In this document: piece by piece, positions 24,707-35,100 of the stretch
Position numbering within the stretch: the first letter of the stretch is position 1
Layout: each line of letters opens with the position of its first letter
The notes under the pieces: generated by a model
Seen by the model: the letters and a program-made list of their open reading frames with translations, nothing else
Databases searched by the model: none
What the model was told of the DNA's origin: nothing
IMG/VR virus record: IMGVR_UViG_3300048855_000189
Span: 1 to 36,829 of that record
DNA from: a virus
Lineage: Duplodnaviria; Caudoviricetes
Length of the DNA stretch: 36,829 nt
Reading direction: 5' to 3' (one strand)
Position numbers and translations under genes: made by a program

Positions 24707-25053
24707 TGCGCCCGGCAGCAGGCAGCCTGCGCAGCCGCATCACGTTCCAGCAGAAGCTGGTGCCGGAGGGCCTGACCAGCGCCGGCAAGGAAGGATGGGT
24801 GCCCGTCGTAACGGTTCGCGCCGAGGTACGTGACGTCCTGCCCAGCCGTAGCGAGCGGCTGTCGGAGGGAATGACGATCGCCGCCCGCCCCGCCCGCATC
24901 CGGATGCGCTACCGCACCGACATCACCTCCGACATGCGGATCCTCCACGGCAACCGCGTGATGCAGATCACCGCCGGGCCGGCTGAGATTGGCAATCGCG
25001 AGGCCCTCGAATTGATGGCCGAGGATTATTCCACCGCGGGTGGTGACGCATGA
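24706..25053 (+). CDS. Head closure / head-tail adaptor (SPP1 gp16-like)
   Basis: AGSLRSRITFQQ...RIRMRYRTDITSDMRI; TGATG overlap. Confidence 0.9.
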   Translation: MRPAAGSLRSRITFQQKLVPEGLTSAGKEGWVPVVTVRAEVRDVLPSRSERLSEGMTIAARPARIRMRYRTDITSDMRILHGNRVMQITAGPAEIGNREALELMAEDYSTAGGDA

Positions 25054-25598
25054 GCGCGACCATGAAGGGCCTGAGCGAAGCCCTCGCCGCGCTCGCATCG
25101 CTGCCGGAGAACCTGGAGCGCAACATCCTGCGCGGCGCGGTGCGTGCCGGTGCTGAAGAATATGCCGAAGGCGCCCGGGAGGGATGCCGTTCGGCCGAGG
25201 TTCGGGCGACGATCAAGGTCAGCACCCGCGCGGAACCCGGCGTCGTTACCGCCAAGGTCCAGACGAAGGGGCCGGGATCGTACAAGGCTCCCTGGCTCGA
25301 GTTTGGCACCGATCCCCATTTCATCAGCGTCGATCCGGAAATCAGCGGCGGGCGAACGGCGCGGCGCGTGAACCGGCTTGTTGAGGACGGCAAGACGGGC
25401 GTTGCCGACACGCTGGTGATCAACGGGAAGCCTGTCGGCAAAACCGTGGAGCATCCCGGCGCCCAGGACTTCCCGTTCATGCGCCCGGCGGCCGACACGC
25501 GCGGCCCCGCCGCGATCGCCGCAGTCGGCAACTATATCGGCGCCCGGCTCACGAAGGAGGGCCTTACCACCCCCGCCCCGCCGGAGCCTGAAGAATGA
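25050..25598 (+). CDS. HK97 gp10-like neck protein
   Basis: GLSE..AAL..LP...LEFGT...HPG...PFMRPA. Confidence 0.9.
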   Translation: MSATMKGLSEALAALASLPENLERNILRGAVRAGAEEYAEGAREGCRSAEVRATIKVSTRAEPGVVTAKVQTKGPGSYKAPWLEFGTDPHFISVDPEISGGRTARRVNRLVEDGKTGVADTLVINGKPVGKTVEHPGAQDFPFMRPAADTRGPAAIAAVGNYIGARLTKEGLTTPAPPEPEE

Positions 25599-25999
25599 GC
25601 GGCGTTGTCATCGCAGGCGGCCTTCTGCACGCCCACGCGCCGCTCGTCGCCGTGGTTCCCCGCGCCCAGATCAAGGCGTGGCAACTTCCGCTCGGCGCTG
25701 AGCTGCCCTCGATCATGATCAAGCGGGTGAGCCGGACGGAGCATCAGTTCCTTGCCGAGCAGCGCGTGCGGCTGGTGACGGAACGGGTGCAGGCGACGAT
25801 CCGCGCCGCCTATGGCGAGCAGCGCTCGACGATCGAGGGGCTGATCCGTGCCGCGTGGGCCGGGAAGTCCGGCACCATCTCCGGGTTCGCCAATGTCGCG
25901 GTGCTGCTGGCCGGCACAGGCCCTGATTTCGAGGACGAGGCCGCGACGATCTTCATGAGCAGCGTCGACGCCCGCGTGAGCTTCAACGAACCCGCCTGA
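25595..25999 (+). CDS. Tail completion/terminator protein (DUF3168-like)
   Basis: Position; LP...LPSI, RVQATI. Confidence 0.75.
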   Translation: MSGVVIAGGLLHAHAPLVAVVPRAQIKAWQLPLGAELPSIMIKRVSRTEHQFLAEQRVRLVTERVQATIRAAYGEQRSTIEGLIRAAWAGKSGTISGFANVAVLLAGTGPDFEDEAATIFMSSVDARVSFNEPA

Positions 26000-26027
26000 T
26001 CCACCCTCAACATTGCTGGAGACGACC

Positions 26028-26246
26028 ATGAAGAAGCACGCCACGGCGCTGCGCGCCTTTTCGCATGCCGGTGACACCTTCGCGGACAAGCAGGTGATCC
26101 TGAACATGGACCCCGGCCAGTTCGCCGACTGGTCCGCCCCCGGTGTCGACCTCGTCCGTGAGGCGACCGACGCCGAGGTGGAAGCCGCGCGCGCCAAGGA
26201 TGCGCCCAGCAAGCCGGCCTCGTCCAAGTCGAAGGACGCCGCCTAA
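26028..26246 (+). CDS. Small hypothetical virion-region protein
   Basis: GGAG RBS; ALRAFSHAG...LVREAT; shares LVREAT with 23539-23811. Confidence 0.65.
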   Translation: MKKHATALRAFSHAGDTFADKQVILNMDPGQFADWSAPGVDLVREATDAEVEAARAKDAPSKPASSKSKDAA

Positions 26247-26308
26247 CCCCTTCCGCCCGCCGGGCAGAAAACCCCCGCTGATGCGGGTCACCACCCAGGA
26301 GAAATGAG

Positions 26309-26764
26309 ATGCCAGGTTCTTCGACTTCGGCGGGCACCAAGATCGCCATCTCGGCGACGCTGCCCACCACCCCCGACGCGGCCGGCTACGGCGCCCTGTC
26401 CGCAATGACCGACATCGGCGGCGTCGAGAGCATTCCCGCCTTCGGCCCGAGCATCGCCGTCAACAGCTTCCAGCCGCTGGCCGGTCCGGTGGAAAAGCAC
26501 AAAGGGCCGGTGAATTACGGATCCCTCCAGATTCCGATGGCGCTGGATAAGTCCGATGCCGGCCAGATCCTGCTGCGCACGGCGGCCGAGCCGGACAATA
26601 ACGCGATGTATTCGGTCCGCGTGACCTATCCGAACGGCGACAAGCGGTATTTTCAGGGCCGCGTGTTCGGCTGGACCGAGACGCCCGGCGCCGCGACCAA
26701 CGTGCTGATGGGGAACACCACGATCGAGGTGAACACCAAGGTCGTCAAGGTCGACGCCGCCTAA
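26309..26764 (+). CDS. Major tail (tube) protein
   Basis: TSAGTKIAISATLP...IGGVESIPAFG...KHKG..NYG...DAGQ...YFQGRV; AGGAG RBS. Confidence 0.88.
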   Translation: MPGSSTSAGTKIAISATLPTTPDAAGYGALSAMTDIGGVESIPAFGPSIAVNSFQPLAGPVEKHKGPVNYGSLQIPMALDKSDAGQILLRTAAEPDNNAMYSVRVTYPNGDKRYFQGRVFGWTETPGAATNVLMGNTTIEVNTKVVKVDAA

Positions 26765-26777
26765 CCCATCCCGAGAT

Positions 26778-26868
26778 CCGGCGCCGCGACGCCGGCAATG
26801 CCCTCTGCACCGGCTCGCCCCGCTGTCGCGGCTATGGGGCGGGTCGGTGCGCCATCCTCCGCGAAGGA
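26778..26868 (+). promoter_or_regulatory. Structured RNA leader of the tail chaperone gene
   Basis: 6-bp hairpin 26778-26795 with loop CCGCGA; 15-bp hairpin 26807-26850 whose loop contains TCGCGG; a second CCGCGA (26859-26864) abuts the SD AAGGA. Confidence 0.55.
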
Positions 26869-26874
26869 AACCCC

Positions 26875-27294
26875 ATGGATATTACTCGTTTCAAGCCGTC
26901 CGCCACGGCGTTCATGCACCTCAAGTCGCCGGTGGACGAAGAGCCGCTGTTCGAGGCGGTGGGCGACGCCAAGGAGCCGGTCGGCATCACGTTCCACAGC
27001 GCCGGGAGCGCGGCCTATGAGGCCGCCTCGCAGAAGCGCACGAACCGCTCGCTGGTCCGCAGCAAGAAGAAGGTCGAGCTGACCGCCGATCTGCTCCGCT
27101 CCGACACGATCAACTTCCTCGTCGACGTCACGGTTTCGTTCCAGCACCTCGAATATCCGCCAGCGGAGGGTGCAACGGGCGAGGATCTGTTCAAGGCGCT
27201 CTACGGTGACCGCGAATATGGCTGGGTGGTCGAGCAGGCCAACGCGCACCTCGGCGACTGGTCCAGTTTTACGAAGGGCTCGGCGAAGAGCTGA
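26875..27294 (+). CDS. Tail assembly chaperone (gpG-like)
   Basis: Position between tube and tape measure genes; HLKSP..EPL...PVGIT..GS..Y. Confidence 0.85.
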   Translation: MDITRFKPSATAFMHLKSPVDEEPLFEAVGDAKEPVGITFHSAGSAAYEAASQKRTNRSLVRSKKKVELTADLLRSDTINFLVDVTVSFQHLEYPPAEGATGEDLFKALYGDREYGWVVEQANAHLGDWSSFTKGSAKS

Positions 27295-27722
27295 GCCTTT
27301 ACGCACGGCAAACCGCCTGGCTCCACGCCGTTCCGAGACGGAAGGATGCCAGCGGCAAGGAGACTGCGCTTCCCGCGCGATCTGAATCCTTCAAGCTGAC
27401 GGGCGCGGAACCACCGTACCCGCCGCTCTCTGCAGAGGACGCCCAGCTCCGCATCTTCAACTGGCTCATGGAAATTGGCCCCGTGGAAGCCAACGGGATG
27501 GGCCGCTCGCCGATCGGGTGGCAGGCGATCGACGCATGGGCGAGGCAAACCCTCGCCCAGCCCACACCTTGGGAAGCGCGTCTCCTGCGGCGGCTCTCGG
27601 CTGATTATCTGGCCGAGAGCCACCGTGCCGAAGATTGTCACCATCCAGCGCCTTGGTGGCCGGAAAGCCTTGAGGTTGACCAGGAGGCCAACGAGCGCCA
27701 GCTTCGCGCCGTTCTAGGCTGA
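27267..27722 (+). CDS. gpGT-like chaperone extension in the -1 frame
   Basis: The -1 frame is open across the gpG stop (ELSLYARQTAWLHAVP...WLMEIGP...IGWQAIDAW...PWEARLLRRLS); 5' coordinate set at the candidate slip site. Confidence 0.75.
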   Translation, partial: FYEGLGEELSLYARQTAWLHAVPRRKDASGKETALPARSESFKLTGAEPPYPPLSAEDAQLRIFNWLMEIGPVEANGMGRSPIGWQAIDAWARQTLAQPTPWEARLLRRLSADYLAESHRAEDCHHPAPWWPESLEVDQEANERQLRAVLG

Positions 27723-27729
27723 GGGGCTG

Positions 27730-28092
27730 GTGATGCGGGCATGGTTGGTGATGGCGGCGGCGGTCGCAACTGTCGCTTGCGGCCCGAGCGAGGTTGATCA
27801 AGCCATCAAGCGGTATGATACCGCCGTGGAAGCCGACGATCCTGCGGAACAAGTGCGCCAAGCCGAGCAAGTTGCTGCCGCCTATCTACAGGCAGGTGAC
27901 GCCTCGGCCTTCAATGAATGGAAGATCCGGGCCGCCGCGGCGAGAACTGCAAGTTCCGTGCGGGCGATGGCGCCAGCAGACTCACTCGATGTGGATGATG
28001 CTGTCAGCGTCGGAAACCTCACGCCCGGATCCGCTGCTGAAAATGAGCGCAGTGGGGCCGAGATCGGGCGCGGCCAATACCGCGGCGAATAA
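27730..28092 (+). CDS. Putative lipoprotein (moron)
   Basis: MRAWLVMAAAVATVA|CG signal peptide with lipobox; inserted between chaperone and tape measure genes. Confidence 0.7.
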   Translation: MMRAWLVMAAAVATVACGPSEVDQAIKRYDTAVEADDPAEQVRQAEQVAAAYLQAGDASAFNEWKIRAAAARTASSVRAMAPADSLDVDDAVSVGNLTPGSAAENERSGAEIGRGQYRGE

Positions 28093-28114
28093 ACACCTAC
28101 CTATCGAGATGGTA

Positions 28115-28150
28115 TGAAGGGCGGTCCCGCGCGGGCCGCCCTTTTTATTT
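28115..28150 (+). terminator. Rho-independent terminator
   Basis: AAGGGCGGTCC-CGCGC-GGGCCGCCCTT followed by TTTATTT. Confidence 0.8.
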
Positions 28151-28162
28151 GAGGAGGCGCAC

Positions 28163-31100
28163 ATGGGCACCAAGATCGCCTCTCTCGAAATCGAACTTGC
28201 CATGGCCACCGGCGGGGCCATTGCCGATGTGAACCGCTTCGGCGGCGTCGTGGACAAGGTGAGCGCCGAGGCGATCCGCGAACTCGATCGCATCGACACC
28301 GCGATGAAGAACGTCGGCGGCCTTGATGCTGCCACCGCCAGTATGGTCCGCATGGCAGGCGCATCCGCCAAGACGGCTGTGGAGACTGCCCGCGAGCTGG
28401 CGCGGATCGAGCGCGCGGGCGAATCCATGGCCACTGGGCTTGAGCGGCAGCTATCCGTATTCGGCAAGACGGCGGAGGAGGTGCGCGCGCTAAAGGCCGA
28501 GACGGCCGCCTATGCCGCGAGCATCGCCAACATGCCTGAGCTGGCCGCTCGCATTCGCGAAACGGAGCAGGCCCTGGAGCGTGAGGAGCGCGCCGTCCGC
28601 CAAGCGGCAAGCGCCTATGAGATGTTCGAGGCGCGCGCCCGACAGGCGATGCAGGTCTATCAGAGCCAGCAGGCCGTCGAAGCAGCCGCCGCGAAGGAGC
28701 GCGAGGCGGTCGCCGTGCGCAATGCGGGCGTCGCCTATCAGATGTTCGAAGCCCGCGTGCGTGCCGGCGCAGAGGCCATGCGGGAGCAGGAAGCGGCGGC
28801 CGTGCGCGACGCGGCGGCTGTGGCGCGGCTTCGGGAACTGCTGGATCCGGCGGCCGCAGCTCAGGATCGGCTCAACCGTGAGATCGAGGAAGCCCGCCGC
28901 GTGATGATCGCGGCCGGCGCGAGCGCAGAGGAACTGGCGCGGGCCGAAGCCCTACTGACCCAGCGCTCGATCGGCGTCGTCGGTTCAACCGGCAACATGA
29001 AGATCGGCATGCAGCAGATGTCGTTCCAGCTGAACGACATTGCCACCATGTGGGCGATGCAGGCTCGGCCGATGCAGATCTTCGCCAGCCAAGCGGGGCA
29101 GGTCATCCAGTCCATGCAGCTGATGGCCGGCGAGTCGAAGGGCCTGCTCGGTCTACTCGGCGGCCAGTGGGGCATGCTCATCACCACCGCCGCCGTGGTT
29201 CTCGTTCCCCTGATCAGCAACATGATCAAGCTCGGCGACAAGACGGCTGAGGCAACGGACAAGCTCAAGAAAGAGGCCGAGGAGACCGAACGGTCCCGCG
29301 TTGCCCATGATCGTTTCAAAGCCAGCGCCGAGGGCGTCGCTGCGGCCATCCGTGATGGCACCGAGGCTACGCGGCAGTCGATCGCGGCAATGAACAGTTC
29401 CGCAGAGGCTGCGAACATCGAGGCGAACGCCAACCTTCGCCACGAGATCAGCATCCGCAAGAGGACGTCGGCTAACCTTGAGGCTGCGATCGCCGAGGAG
29501 AACCTGAACAAAATCCGTGCGCAGGGCATCGGCGAGCGGGGCGACATGGGGGCGCTCGCTGCCAACGAGTCGGCCCGGCGCGTCGCGGATCTCCGCCAGC
29601 AATTGGACCAGCAGACGAAGCTGATCGGGGATGCCGAGAAGCGTGTTCAGGCTACGCGTGTCGACTTGGCCGTCGAGGCCGCTCAGCGCGCCGCCGATCC
29701 CATGGAGCGGATCAAGCACCTGTACGACGAACACGCCGAGGCCGCGAAGCGGGCGGCGCACGCGCAGGCTGCTGCCGGCAAAGAGGTCACGGCCGCCTTG
29801 ACCCGCGAACTGACCATGATCGAGCGCAACCGACAGGCCGCCATCAAGGCTGAGCAGGATCGGACCGCCGCCGCCAAGCAGACGGCCAACCAGATCGGGC
29901 GCAACATCACGCTCTCCGAGGCGCGCGGCATCGCCGAGGGCGTGGGTGGCCGGGTCACCAGCGATCACCGCACCTTGGCCGAGCAGACGGCGCTCTATGC
30001 GAAATATAGCGCGTACAAGGCCGGCACCGGCCCTTGGGCGGCGCTGGCGGCGAAGCCCGGCACTAGCAACCACGAGCTGGATCAGGCGCTCGACGTCGCG
30101 AAGACCGACGGCATGACGCTGAAGAAACTGGTCAGCGCCTATCGTGCGGCTGGCGTGAAGCTGGTCGAGGCACTGGACGAGGGCAGCCACTTCCATATCG
30201 CCTGGGCGAAGGTCGGCGAGGCGGCGAAGCAGCCGACGGCGGAACGGACCGCTGCGGCGCGCGCGATCCGCGAGGCGGCCGAGTTCGATCTGAAAATGGC
30301 AGCCGAGCGGCTGACCAATATGGGCCAGCTGCACGCCGAAGTCGTGAAGCTGATGGAAGACGCCGCAAAGCCGTTTGACCTTCGTGGGCTTGATCGAGCG
30401 ATGGATCGCATCGGCGACGCCAACGCCAAAGACCTCGATAAGAACGGCCCGCTTGCCCAGGTGGAGCAGGCGAGCGCCATCGGGGCAGCTGTCGAGAACG
30501 CCATGTCTGGCGGGTTTCGTGACGTAACCCGGTCCATCCTCGGCATGCAGGACGTCGTGGGCCTGGCATTTGGCCCCGCCAGCCCCTTGGTCCGGACGCT
30601 GGGCGATCTGGCCAGCGGTGCGGGGATCGGATCGTCCGTGGCGGGCGCAATGGGTGGCTCGAAGGTGCTGGGCGCTCTGGGCGGCGCGATCGGTGGCGAG
30701 GTCGGCAAGCAATTCCTGACGACCGGGCTGACCAGCATATCATCGCAGTTGGGCGGCATGGCCGGTCCGCTCGGCAGCATCGCCGGAGGCGTGATCGCCA
30801 GCTTCGCCGGCAGCTTGCTGACGTCCACGAAGAAGGCGGCCACCACTATCGGCGCGATCGGCGATCAGCTGGGCGTGATCGAAACCGTCGGCAACAGCGC
30901 CAAGCGCGAGAAGGCCACCGCCGCCGCGGCGAACGACCTGCTTTCGTCCCTCGGGGATCTCGCCACCCAGCTCGGCGGCGAACTCGGCTCTGGCGGTCGC
31001 GTGTCGATCGGCATCCGCGACAAGAATTACCGCGTGGATCCGACCGGCGGCGGCGCCACGAAGGTGAAGAAAGGCGCCATCGACTTCGGCGAGGATCAGC

Positions 31101-32161
31101 AGGCGGCGATCGAATACGCCCTGCGCGACCTGATCGCCGATGGTGCCATCACCGGGCTGCGTGCTGCCACGTCCCGGCTGCTGAACAGCGGGACTGACCT
31201 GGAGCGCCAGGTGCAGAAGGCGATGGATTTCGAGGGCGTGTTCTCGGCGCTCAAGCAGGCGACCGACCCGATGGGCTATGCCGTCGAGCAGCTCGACAAG
31301 CAGTTCTCGAGCCTGCGCGCGACATTCCGGGAAGCGGGTGCCTCGATCGAGGAAACCACCCAGCTGGAACAGCTGTACCAGATCCGCCGCGACGCCATCG
31401 CCAAGCAGGACGAGGATCGGATTGCCGATCGCCGCCGGCTGGAGGCGCGGCTGCTGGAAGCGCAGGGCGACACGGCCGGCGCTCTCGCGATCACCCGGCA
31501 GATCGAGCTGGCCAGCACGGACGCGAGCCTGCGCACGTTGCAGCAGCAGATCTATGCGGCGGAGGATGGCCAGGAAGCCGTGAAGGCGGCCGAGCAACTG
31601 CGCGATGCTTGGAAGTCCGTGGGCGACACGATCATGGACGAGGTCCGCCGGATCCGCGGCCTGGGCGATGCCACCGGCGGTAACAGCTTCGCTACCTTGC
31701 TGGGCCAGTTCAACGCCGCGAACGCTGCGGCGCGCACGGGCGACATCGATGCCGCCAAGAACCTGCCCCAGCTGTCCAAGTCGCTGCTCGATGCGGCGGC
31801 GCAGGCGGCAACGAGCCGGCAGGAACTGGACCGGGTGCAGGCCCAGACAGCGGCCATGCTGGAGGCCACCTACGCGGCGATCGGAGGCGGGAGCCCCGCC
31901 GAGGCCCCGACTGCCGCCAACACCGCCGCGGCGCTGGCCAACCTGTCCGCCGTGCAGGCGGCAACCGGCAGCGCGGCGGCGAGCAACGACATGGTGAGCG
32001 AGCTGCGTGCGCTGCGTGAGGAGATGGCCGGTATGCGGACCGAGAACAAGGCAGGCCACGCGGCCACTGCCGGCAACACCGGCAGCATCGATCGACGGCT
32101 TGCGGCGGTGACCGAGGCAAGCAGCGGTGAGGCGATCACCGTCGCGTCGGTGGCGGCATGA
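28163..32161 (+). CDS. Tape measure protein with embedded M15-type peptidase domain
   Basis: 1332 aa, Ala-rich helical; lambda-type TMP motif QQMSFQLNDIATM...PMQIFASQAGQ; Gly-rich hydrophobic region; TSDHRT..EQ..LY...AAKPGTSNHE..ALDV...HFHIAW. Confidence 0.95.
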   Translation: MGTKIASLEIELAMATGGAIADVNRFGGVVDKVSAEAIRELDRIDTAMKNVGGLDAATASMVRMAGASAKTAVETARELARIERAGESMATGLERQLSVFGKTAEEVRALKAETAAYAASIANMPELAARIRETEQALEREERAVRQAASAYEMFEARARQAMQVYQSQQAVEAAAAKEREAVAVRNAGVAYQMFEARVRAGAEAMREQEAAAVRDAAAVARLRELLDPAAAAQDRLNREIEEARRVMIAAGASAEELARAEALLTQRSIGVVGSTGNMKIGMQQMSFQLNDIATMWAMQARPMQIFASQAGQVIQSMQLMAGESKGLLGLLGGQWGMLITTAAVVLVPLISNMIKLGDKTAEATDKLKKEAEETERSRVAHDRFKASAEGVAAAIRDGTEATRQSIAAMNSSAEAANIEANANLRHEISIRKRTSANLEAAIAEENLNKIRAQGIGERGDMGALAANESARRVADLRQQLDQQTKLIGDAEKRVQATRVDLAVEAAQRAADPMERIKHLYDEHAEAAKRAAHAQAAAGKEVTAALTRELTMIERNRQAAIKAEQDRTAAAKQTANQIGRNITLSEARGIAEGVGGRVTSDHRTLAEQTALYAKYSAYKAGTGPWAALAAKPGTSNHELDQALDVAKTDGMTLKKLVSAYRAAGVKLVEALDEGSHFHIAWAKVGEAAKQPTAERTAAARAIREAAEFDLKMAAERLTNMGQLHAEVVKLMEDAAKPFDLRGLDRAMDRIGDANAKDLDKNGPLAQVEQASAIGAAVENAMSGGFRDVTRSILGMQDVVGLAFGPASPLVRTLGDLASGAGIGSSVAGAMGGSKVLGALGGAIGGEVGKQFLTTGLTSISSQLGGMAGPLGSIAGGVIASFAGSLLTSTKKAATTIGAIGDQLGVIETVGNSAKREKATAAAANDLLSSLGDLATQLGGELGSGGRVSIGIRDKNYRVDPTGGGATKVKKGAIDFGEDQQAAIEYALRDLIADGAITGLRAATSRLLNSGTDLERQVQKAMDFEGVFSALKQATDPMGYAVEQLDKQFSSLRATFREAGASIEETTQLEQLYQIRRDAIAKQDEDRIADRRRLEARLLEAQGDTAGALAITRQIELASTDASLRTLQQQIYAAEDGQEAVKAAEQLRDAWKSVGDTIMDEVRRIRGLGDATGGNSFATLLGQFNAANAAARTGDIDAAKNLPQLSKSLLDAAAQAATSRQELDRVQAQTAAMLEATYAAIGGGSPAEAPTAANTAAALANLSAVQAATGSAAASNDMVSELRALREEMAGMRTENKAGHAATAGNTGSIDRRLAAVTEASSGEAITVASVAA

Positions 32162-35100
32162 GGGTCGAACTCGATAGCGGCGAGATCGTCGCGCTCGGCA
32201 CCGTCGAGACGGCCCCCACGATCAGCATCACCGACTACAGCAGGCGCGAGACCGACGAGTTCGGCGTGACGAAAGTCACCAAGCGCGGATTCGCTCGTCG
32301 CATGTCGGTGCGCCTCTCGCTGCCGACCAGCAGCGTGGACAACGTCCAGCGCCGGCTGGCGGATCTCCGCGCCACGGCGGCCCTGTGGGTTGCGGACGAG
32401 CGGTTCGCCAGCCTGAGCGTGCGCGGCTTCTACAAGGAGTTCGCGATCGATGTGGCCTATCCTCCGCAGAGCTTCGCCACCCTGACCGTCGAAAGCCTGG
32501 CGTCTCCGGACGTACCAGCGGACACCGGCGCCGATCCCGCACCTGACGGCCGCGCCTCCACCCTCCGCGTCATCCCGCCTGTGCAGGTGACCGATGCCAT
32601 GCTGGTGAGCAGCAGCATCGGCGAGAATGAACATCCCCAGTGGTCGGCAACCGCTACCTATGCGGCCGGCGCGCGCGTCATCAAGGTGGCGACGCACCGG
32701 ATCTATGAGAGCGTTACCGGCGGGAACGTCGGCAACGATCCTGCGGGCACGTCGGGCAAGTGGCTGGACGTGGGACCGACGAACCGCTGGGCGATGTTTG
32801 ACCAAGCGCTCGGCACGGTCACTTCCCGCAGCGGGCCGGTCAACGTCACCATCGCTCCGGGTCAGACGATCAACGCGGTCGCCGTGCTGGACATCGTCGG
32901 GGCGCAGGTTCGGGTGCAGGCCCCTGGCTTCGATCAAACGAAGACCACCGCCGCGCCAGAGGGCGGAAAGCGGACCGCACTGCTGTTCAGCCTCCCGCCC
33001 ACCGCCGGCAATGTCATCGTGACGACCACCGGCGTCGGCACTGTTTCTGTGGGCACCCTGATCCTCGGGCAGGCGCTCGGCCTCGGCATCACCGAACAGT
33101 CGCCCACGGCCGGCATCACCGACTACAGCCGCAAGGACGTTGACGATTTCGGCGAACAGACGATCATCGAGCGTGCATGGGCCAAGCGCATGGCGGTGCG
33201 ATCGCTGATCCGCAGCGACGCGGTTGAGCTGGTGCAGAACCGCATCGCCAGCGTCCGCGGCCAGCCCTCTCTCTGGATTGGCAGCGACGCACTGGACACG
33301 CTGACCGTCTACGGCTTCTTCAAGGATTTCTCGGCCGTCCTGGGCGAAAACGTCAGCACGGTGAGCCTGTCGATCGAAGGGTTGAGCGCAGCCGCCAAGG
33401 TGGGGCCGCTCTCGCTGGTGACCGACTGGGCGGATCTGACGGACCGGACTGGAACGAAGCCGCAGCCGAACGCTACCGATGGCGCCGTACTAGACCCGAC
33501 CGCGCCTTACGGGACGCTCCGCGATTTCGCCGGCCAGCCATTCTACCCTGAGGAGCTGCGCAACGCCGATCTGAGCCTGTCGCCATCTGGCAGGCTCACC
33601 GCCCTGGTGCGCGGCCTCGCGGGCAATCTGGAGACGAAGGAACTTGGCCTCCTCAACCCGATCGACCTCGGCGCGGCGAGCGCGGGTGCGCAGCGCCAGT
33701 TCGATGGGGCGCTGGAGAAACTGGCGATCGCCGTCACCAGGGCCACCACGGATACGGCGGCGATCCGGCAGATCATGCGCGATGCCGGGATCTCGATCGA
33801 CCCCGCCTCGGGCAAGGTATCGATCTATGCGACCGAGCAGCTGGATGCCGTGGCGATTACGCTGGATGCGCAGGCCAAGCGGCTCGCGCTGACCGCGACC
33901 AGCACGCAGGTCGATGAGAAGATCCTGGCGGCCATCCTGGACCCGGCACAGGTCGCTCAACTGGAAGGGATATACGCCCAGATCGACCAGCTGGGGATCG
34001 ACCTGGACGCTGCTGAAGGCACGATAAGCCTCAAGGCAGATACGACGGCGCTGACCGCTCTTGGCGCGCGCGTCACCAGCGCGGAGGAGGTGATCCAATC
34101 GCTGCCGGACGGTGCGTTGATCCGCCAGGAAGTGACGGCGGCACGCTACGCCTACGACAAGACGGCCGAGGCGACACTGCGGGCAATCCTCACCGGCGAT
34201 CGCACGAGCCTTCTGACGCAGCAGGCGATTGCAGCGGGGCGGCAGGAACTCAGCGCGCGGATCCTCGAAAACGAAGCGGCCGAGGCGAAGCAGCGGCTGG
34301 AACTCGGCGTCCAGATCGGCGCGGTGAGGGCGACGGCGACGCAGGAAACGCTTGCCCGGATCGAGGCCGACCAGGCGATCTCGGGCCGCATCGACGACTT
34401 CGTGATCAGCACGGACGAGGGGATCGCGGCTGCTAACTCTGCGATCGGGGTGCAGTCCACCAACCTGGGCAAGGTTGCTGGCTCCGTCGCAAGCCTGACC
34501 ACGACGGTGGGCGATCACACGGCATCCCTGACCACCTACGGCCAGTCGATCGACGGCCTGAACGCCAAGTGGGGCGTCGAGATGGACATTGGCGGCCGGG
34601 TGTCCGGGCTGGCGCTGAATGGCACCGGCCAGCGAACCGACTTCGTGGTCCGGGTCGATCGCTTCTATCTCAGCCGCCCCGGCGCGCCGTCCAGTGAAGC
34701 GCCATTTGCGGTCTTCGATGTGACCGGCGGCATCTTCTACCTCAACGGCAAGTTGAAGGCGCAATCGATCGACACGCCGATGTTCAACGGCCGGGTCGTG
34801 ACGCGGCGCGCGGCGGTGGATCTCGGTTCGCAGGTGGCGGGCGCAGGCGGCGGGTTGGGCGACGTGCTGACCTTCATGCTCGACCTGCCCTACGCGGCCG
34901 ACGTGATCGTGCAGTTCATCGGCAGCCAGACCTACAGCGGGTCGCCGGTGCCCGACTGGGGGGCCGACATCATCGTCAACGGGCAAACCCGATCGGTGCA
35001 GGGTGGCGGCGCCGGGATCTACAGCTCGGGCTTCGCGCTGGCGTGCAAGGTTTCCCTGCCGGCCAATCCCGCAGGGCAGCCGCAGACGGTCACCGCGCGC

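Noticed and set aside
28590-28790. Repeat AVRQAASAYEMFEARAR / AVRNAGVAYQMFEARVR as a possible DGR template/variable pair
   Set aside because: In-frame tape-measure repeat; differences are not adenine-specific and no reverse transcriptase is present.
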